A stretch of DNA of 64,000 nucleotides. Origin: Tubulanus polymorphus (lineage: Eukaryota; Animalia; Nemertea). The stretch spans positions 28,120,150-28,184,149 of the forward strand of contig NC_134026.1 in the NCBI RefSeq assembly GCF_964204645.1, given 5' to 3'. The notes under the pieces were generated by a model. It was not told the origin of the DNA, did not search any database, and saw nothing but the letters and a program-made list of their open reading frames with translations. A program made the position numbers and the translations under genes. Below are positions 55,901 to 64,000 of the stretch, one piece after another (position 1 is the stretch's first letter; every line of letters starts with the position of its first letter).

Positions 55901-56713
55901 AATTATTTGATTATCCCTTGTCTTATCATCTCGTTTCACTGATGATGTGAAACACTCATGTGTTGAGGCGTTAACTATGGTTTCCCCAATAGGATCCCAA
56001 CGGAAATACATTCAACAAAATATATAATAACTTGGCAAACAGAGATAAGAGACGTTTCTAGAACACTGAAACCTATCATTTCAGTGCTTTTATTGTTTGG
56101 ATGTAGATTATTTGAACATGTTTTTTCGGTTGGTATAGTATGTAATATAAGGTTCTTGTCGATCTTTTCAATCGTCTAAGAAGAGTCAAAAAATGACTAC
56201 ATTGTACTGAATTATTCATCTATGTATACAACATTATATGAATGGTATGTTATGCGGTTTCATCTTGGCTTATCTATTATGAATAAAGCAAAGGACGCAA
56301 TTCCGTCTTAGACCTGCGATTTGCGAAAAAAAAACGTATCGAGCTTATCCGGTGAAACAGGATCAAGCGATGCAGATATCCAGGGCGAACAAACCTATTC
56401 AGTAACTACTTCCTCGATAGTCCCATTTATGGATGTACACACTGTTGCCTGGAATTGTATTATATAATGTTTCTTCATCCCGCGTATTGATAAAAATATC
56501 AAGGAATTTTGAATGAGTTAGATATACATATATAGACTTGGAGGAGTCAGATAGTTGAAAATCCTTAGAAACAAAAACAGTAAAAATCTCATTTTCATTT
56601 TCGCCTCGGGAGCTACATTTTCCCTGTGTTAGAAAACAGTATGAACATATAGATTTTCATGTCGATTTCCCTCTATTGATCTTTCAGATTTGCGATGGTA
56701 GACAACCGCAACC

Positions 56714-59700
56714 ATGAGTTCGGTGGAAGGTCCGATGGGAAACATGCCTGACGATCATGACGCCAACAATTACGTGATTAACAATAATGTTGATAGTCTC
56801 AAGAGTAACGGAGATATTTCGGCAAAAATTCGAAGCCAGTCTTCCTCATCACTTGACCTACCGGACATCACCATGGAGACTAGCGATGAATCTCAAAATG
56901 TGCAGCAAACTATCAAAAGGGTCGGGTCGTCTGATAGTCTAAACTCTCAACAATCCCAGGTCGGATCGCTTACTGAAAATAACGATAACCGAAATGATAA
57001 AAATGATTCAATTAAACGAATCATCCGTCAAAGTTCCGAGCCGGAAGTTGAAATTCGAGTACCACGCATGCAGAGATTGGCCCGTCACAGTGTCGCAAGC
57101 GTGGTCAGCACTCAGTCACGTGATAGTATCGAAAGCGCTAATATGTACAATCACCGCTCTAGCATTAGTGTTGTCCGGGGGCCAGGTGGCGCTGGTAACC
57201 GTTGGGCAAAACTTCGTACAACCGTGAAGGCAACGAATATCGTAAGTGAACCGGCCAAACGAAAACGAAAAGCGTCAAACCTCAGTCGTCAAGACTCATT
57301 TTTGAAACGGTTTTCCACGAGGCATGGTGTCCACGGGAACGATTCAGATGGCGAAGGCGATGAAGAAAAATCAACTATTGGTCGGAATTCGTTGGAGTGT
57401 AAATCGGTACGGCGCAAGTTTGTTATTCATCCCGTTGAGAATGTGATGTTTTTGTGGCTTGGTTTTATAACGGCCGCCTGTCTCTATAACATCTGGACGA
57501 GTATCGCTCGAGAGGCTTTCACTGAAATTCAAGATGGATATTTGCCGGTTTGGTTTGCTTGCGATGCCATATGTGATTTTCTCTACCTATTCGACGTCGT
57601 GGTTCAACTAAGAACTGGATTTTTAGAAAAAGGTCTGCTGGTTTACAATAGCAAGAAATTAGCACATCATTATGTGAAATCTCATTATTTCATCGTAGAT
57701 CTCATCACGTTATTACCATTAGACTTATTGCAACTGTATATAGGTATCCATCCGCTGTTGAGATTCCCGCGGTTTCTGAAATGCTACCGCGCCGGACAGT
57801 TCAAAAATATGGTGGAATCGCGGACGATGTACCCAAACTTGTGGCGCGTTGTCAATCTATGTCATATACTGTTTCTTTTTTCACACTGGTTCGCTGCATT
57901 TTATTATCTAATCTCGAAAAGCGAGGACTACACCGGTGTATGGGCTTATCCTAAACCCGTTGGGCCGTATGCTGACGTCACCAGAAAATACCTAAAATCC
58001 CTCTATTGGTCGACGCTGACATTAACGACGATTGGTGACCTCCCTCCACCAGATACAAATTGGCAGTGAGTACACATTCATTTCTAGTTTCTATTATTTA
58101 GATATCGGCTTTCAAATGTTTAGTTTGTAATCAATCAATGATTATGTATTTATCGAAAAGGTGGCTGGCTGGAATTTTTGGAGACTTTTAGATAAGGTCA
58201 CTAAAGCGATATAATATTTTCTGATGATTTTTTTCTTTTCCCAAATGTTTATGTACCGTAGTTACGTTCCTGTCCGAGTATAATCTGCAGAGTGTGAACA
58301 GTTCTCCTTTTAGTATCAACATTTATTATCAAACAGTTTCGATTCCGACACAACCTCCTTGGACAAATTCCTTCCACATTGCCTCGCGTTTAGGGTTTCT
58401 CTTAGTGTCATTGTTTATCAAGAAAGCATCAGCAAGGTGCAGTGTTTGTTGTCTCGGCTGATATCAGAGTAGACCTGAAGCTGTTCTTTGTGGTGTTTGG
58501 CGGGGAGAATCGGGGTAGATTTCACCCACAGTTCACGAAATATCACCGTGTCATTTGAATGATATTTCATAAATGGCTCGTGCTTTCACTCCTGCACATG
58601 AAGAGTATTAGAAAGTTGACATAAACTAAGTACTCGCAGACATGTATTCGCTGTAGTTATGAGAACATACGTAGTCACCATATTGAAATATACGGGCATG
58701 AAAAATGATTCTATAGTTTGTATTCGGTTGTAAAGTTATCGTGTGTAAGAGTTAGTGTATGATTTAAAAATTGTTGCAGCAACCAACGTTACGTTACTTG
58801 AATTGGTGAATTCATTATCGTGTCTATCTGTGAAATATTTCTCTTTTTCTACTCATATGAAATTCCATTTGTTTTTCTGATTTTCTTTTGTAGATGGCTT
58901 ATGCAGGTGCCCAGATATTGGTAATAATGCACTTGTCATATTCTTATCAGTTCTATCATTGGATTTTTAGTTCGATATTTCAAATTCTCCGATGTGTTTA
59001 GTTTAGCCTATCTTTATTAGTAATAATTATAGTAATTATGATTTTAGTTCATCAAAGCTTCGAGACATTTTTCGTTGCGCGCATGTCAACATTAATCAGC
59101 ATTGTACAGCTTTTTGGACTCGGTGTATGAAAATCCGTCCTGTATGAAAATATGGAAGTGCATTGTTCATAGAAAACAATTATTAGATTCTTTTATCATT
59201 TGGGAACTTGCATGCTACAACGCCACCGCCAATATACCAGAGAATTAAATGTAATATTTGAATATATTCTATCTATCTCATGTTCTGTTATCAATAACAC
59301 ACACGATATTTCACCATTGATGAAATAGTTATCGCTGTCTCGCAACAATTTTTATTTTCTGAATTGTTTGGTTATTATCAGCCACAGTGTTGTCATCTAT
59401 ATATATATATATATATACATATTGTTTTAAAAACTTTCCTTTCGCAGAAATGTACAAGAGTAGTTGCTTTTCCTCTGTGTTTTCAGTAGCAGGGTTTTGT
59501 TGTGATTTATCACGTTGTGATCGAACTATAAAAAGACTGCAGAAAATATGACATTCGCCCGCTAGAATTATATTTCTCAGCTTTCAAATATTAGACATCT
59601 TTTTTGTTAAGATCTTTCAATAACTGCATTATTTCCGGTTGTCGAAGGACCGTCATTGCTGAAAATAAAACCAAAAAAGTATAATAAATGATTTTGATTG

Positions 59701-62700
59701 ACTAGAGTGCAGCTAATGAACACACGTTAAAATCAAGTTTGAAACGTCCTTACAAATGCATAGTCCATGGACGCTAAACTCTCCCGATGGGCATCCAAGT
59801 TTTCCAGCGCAAGGTTGTTTTTCTAACACATCATACGTTTCAATCGAGTATGTCGGCACAGTCCTGAAATAAAACATGTTTTTTCTTTTTCATAAAACGA
59901 ATCAATAGAGAAATGACTGGGCCACAAACAAAGACGATTGGACTTATCGCGAATTTCTATAGTATAATTTCGGTGTCATGAAATCTAGATCAATTAATTC
60001 TTAACGTGAAGAAAAAATCGTTACGTTGAATTGATAAAACGGGTGCTTACTTATACTTAAGAGTATAAACTGAACATTTGGCTGTTCCCAGAAATCCGCA
60101 GGAAGTAGTTCCACTTTTAACTGTTTCCGAAATCACTCGCTGCACGATCTTAGTTCGTGTTTTTTGAACATATTTGTCCGGTGCCGGATTCTTACATACG
60201 CTCGCTTCGCTGGAACATTCAAACGAAGCATTTGCTTTATAAAAGTAAACCCGACCCAGACATTTAAGTAAATCATCGAACAGTTCTCACCTGAATTTAT
60301 CCCGAAACTTTTCTGGAATATCTGATAATTTAAATGTAACTGAAGCCACTGTCGTCAAACAGGGAAGTATTACCAATATAATGTTAAGCCTCATCGTACA
60401 TACGGAAATGAATTTGAACGCTATACTCGTGTGTTATCTCTGTTATGTTTCATGTTATCTCTGCTGGTCAAACTGTTGTTTTTTTCACACGGTGTTTTAT
60501 AGATAATGTGTGTATGCGGTAATGGGAAAATGAACAGCTAATCTCGCATTATATAAACATCGCAAACCGTTCAGGTTCTTTTCCTTTAAAATGAATTCAT
60601 TTACCTCATTAGAAGAGAAAGGATAGCTGGGCTCATGTTTAGATTGTCAGATTGTGCTGTTTTTCGTGATCCGATTAAAGGTCCAACTTTACCCCGCGGG
60701 TAAAATCTTTTATTTGGACGCATCAAACAGCAATTTCGCGAGTTAAATTGACATCGATATTCCGCGACGGCGAGTTCCGTATTACATTGCATTAATTTAG
60801 TCAATTTCAAGACCTCGAGCGATCTCCGAATGTGCGATGGCACGTCAATCGAAATGAAGAAATAAACCTCCGGTAAGGGTATAAACCACTAGGACGGAAT
60901 AATACGTATAAAATTCCAGATTATCTGCTACTAGCGTATCATCGTATTTGACATATCAATTAACGTACTCGTTCACTCACTGGTGGAAATCACATTGTTT
61001 CCTTTGGGCTACGCAATCTACTCGCTATGTCATCGTCGATATTCGTCTACGAGAACGACGTTACGTAAGCAAGAAAATTACAGCTTTTGGAAGTATAATT
61101 TGTAACGGGGTATTCAGCTGCTTTTGAGAAAATAGAACAATTCGAGAAAGAATTCATATTCCTATGTATCCTTGAAACTAGTGGTCGGTTTTTCTTATGG
61201 TGGCTGATTCGTTTTTGAATGAGACGATGGCAATGAAATAGGAACGAAATTAACCAGATTAATGTAACATACTAGTCACTATAGTTGACACGATTTGTTG
61301 TCGTGAATCTTTTTCTGCAACGAGTCAACCGACAAATCATAACGAGTGAAGCGAAAATTCAGAAAAACAAACCCGGTTTTCGATCTAAGATGTTTATCAT
61401 ACATGAACTGGAAAGAAACGGCGTTAAATTTGAATCGGATTTCGATCAATCGTCAGGTTCTCGTGTGACACATAATTTCAGCATTCATACATCAATTATC
61501 ATTATTAGTCAGTTTCACTATTTCAGCGATTAATTTTGTCGGATATCAGACTTTCACTGTCAGATACACTCCCAGCTCTTGATTCAGTTCTTCGAGGCAG
61601 TAATGATTAAAGGCACAAACCAGTCGTCTAGACTTGTGCGGAATGAAAACTAGTTATAAAAATGTGTCTCCTGTCCACGAGTGGAGCTTTGCTCTTCTCG
61701 TTATCACTAGTGAATGTAATCAAGTTGGTTTAACAGGCAGAATAGATTGTTCAGAGTCTTTGCGTGGTAAGACGTTTCTTACTTTGGATTTCTTATCACA
61801 GTGGCCAAAACTCTTAAGGTTTTTAACGTATTCGCTCTGACTTGATAAGCTGATTGATGTAGGCTTTATGATAATCCTCCCAAGATGGGTCAAACGAACA
61901 CCGCGAATCGAAATAAAGGCGTATGTCTAATCATCAGATGACCGATATCTTGGAAGAATTTTTTGGAAATCTAGCATGTCATTTCACGTCAAATCTTTTA
62001 TTCATCTTTTCTAGGTACGTGTTCACTATTCTCAGTTACCTTCTCGGTGTTTTCTGCTTCGCAACTATAGTCGGTAAGTGGAATCATGTCCCGGAGGAAT
62101 ATTGCATCGGGAAGCGATTTCGGGACGATATTGTGGGAAACTTTTTATTCATCTATATCTAATATGTCACGACTCGGAACAGTCAGCGAAACAAAAAATG
62201 TCACCGCGTAAAACATTATTCATTGATAGAATGTCGACAAGATTCGACGCGCTGTCGAAGTGTAGGCGTTCCAAGTGGTAGAATGCCTACACAGCGCTGG
62301 CTTCTCTTATGTGAATAGATCTGTCAGTGACCGCGAAAAAAATTAATGAAATATATCAACAACTTCGACCCTCCAATCATCACAAATTCTGATATTTTCG
62401 TTATTGTTTGTATTCTGTCTATGCATTCATAATTAGATTTACGTCAAATAATCGTTGAAACGTATAATCAAATTGAAATGTATTCACATTTTTGGGAAAT
62501 ATGCAATTAGTTAAAGGAAGTACTAATTTGAACCGTACAGACCACTGGACTCGTAATGAAGTTTGATACATTTTTAAATACTTGATATCAATCAAAATAT
62601 CCAGGTTTGTACGCTATCGAAGTTGATCTACACGTTAACCACTGTTGACGATGAACTCTTGTTGAATGCTGAATATAAAAATGATGACAATGTCGCATCC

Positions 62701-63395
62701 GATTGCTTCGGAGAACGTTTAGAATTAATCCCTAGTCCTCTCAGGGGATTTCATTCCTTTTTTTAAATCTCGTGCTCATTAATAACGTATAGGGTTCCAG
62801 CTACTGATACGCTCGCATAACTGATACAGCTTAATGGATAATGGAAATACTGTTTGCACTTTGCATAAAATGAATTTTGAAAAAGCTTGCATTTTGATTT
62901 GTATTTGACTGATATTAAACAAACAGTCATGTTGTTCAAGTGAATGAATTAGTTTATTTATACTTCGTTCATTGTCCGGGTGTGTTTTTTTCGAGTTAAC
63001 GCATTGTTTTCTTAATTCATCAGGTCAGGTCGGCAATGTAATCACAAATAGGAACGCGAATCGACTGGAGTTCGAACGGTTACTGGTAGGTCTACGTAAT
63101 CCTTTTTAGATTGATCAAATCCTGTAAACGCTCTACACTGATAAAGATCTGTGTGGAAAGGAAGTAATTTTCAGCCAATTAACTTAACACGATCGACTGG
63201 CTTCCTACCTAACATTACTTTTGCGCTTTCTTTACCGACAGGAGGAGATCTCGTGAAGCTGTTATAGCACTACACAAATATATTCATGGTCTTTCTATTT
63301 CTTCAGGATGGTGCTAAAAACTATATGCGCACGCATAACGTCCCTCCTGATATGCAACGGCGAGTACAGAGATGGTATGACTATGCGTGGTCGCG
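56714..63395 (+). CDS. CNGA: Cyclic nucleotide-gated channel alpha-type subunit, partial (continues beyond the window)
   Basis: Exons 56714-58065, 62015-62073, 63024-63085, 63307-63395: S1-S5 (RTGFLEKG, LLRFPRFLK), pore YWSTLTLTTIGDLPPP, S6 FATIVGQVGNVI, C-linker EFERLLDGAKNYMR..RVQRWYDYAWSR. Confidence 0.95.
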
Positions 63396-64000
63396 GTACG
63401 TATTGGCGTCTTGGTTCCATTCTCACCATTTATAGCTTATGGCTAAAGCCATACGTTCGGGACATGAGAAATCCATTATAATAAAAAGTGTAAACAATCA
63501 TAATCCGCAATCTTCAAGTTGATATTTTAAGCTGGTCTAATACCCTACAACAAATTCCAGTCACGGTATCTAATCTTCAGTCGTGTTATCGTTTTTTTTC
63601 CTGATCGTTGATTATTTCAAGTGAAACTGTACGCGGATAGGTTTTTCAATCAGCCAATCCGGTCTACGTATATACATCGGGCTACGGGGAACAATTGTTT
63701 CTCGTGTAACACTTGTTTATCTGAAACCCCGCCGCGATGTATGGGCATTTAAAATGGCCACAAAATGATACGAGCAACCTGGTAAATGACGCCAGGGATC
63801 ATTAGAATAGCATTTATATTCTCGGACATGAGCTAATGATACGTACGATTTGTCAGGCTTTCGGGTAATGACACCACTCAGTAATGTCGGCTAAGCCAAC
63901 TGATTATAGACAAAGTTCTGGTATTTTAAGTCCATTCCGATATGGCGTCAGGATCACATGATAACTGCAAAAGCAATATTAACGTCGTATCCATTCTTCA

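Overview
AT-rich, intron-rich animal DNA, probably a marine invertebrate (lophotrochozoan-like; the taxon is an inference). The left 23 kb is a compact gene block: an intronless replication-dependent histone H1 with 3' stem-loop, an atypical clan-26-like cytochrome P450, NCBP3, a ~32-exon double-E2 gene (UBE2Q-like pseudo-E2 fused to a BIRC6-type active UBC), PRPF38A and a P2X receptor. 23-39 kb holds two uncharacterised minus-strand genes, two tandem intronless rhodopsin-class GPCRs plus a decayed third copy, and several non-autonomous DNA transposons and microsatellites. 40-64 kb is mostly intron-like DNA and the first coding exons of a CNGA-type channel that runs off the window. Best leads: the tandem pseudo-E2/E2 fusion, the anchorless P450 lacking the I-helix Thr motif, and pore and C-terminal peculiarities of the P2X receptor. 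Exon boundaries were assembled by eye and may be off by a few bases.
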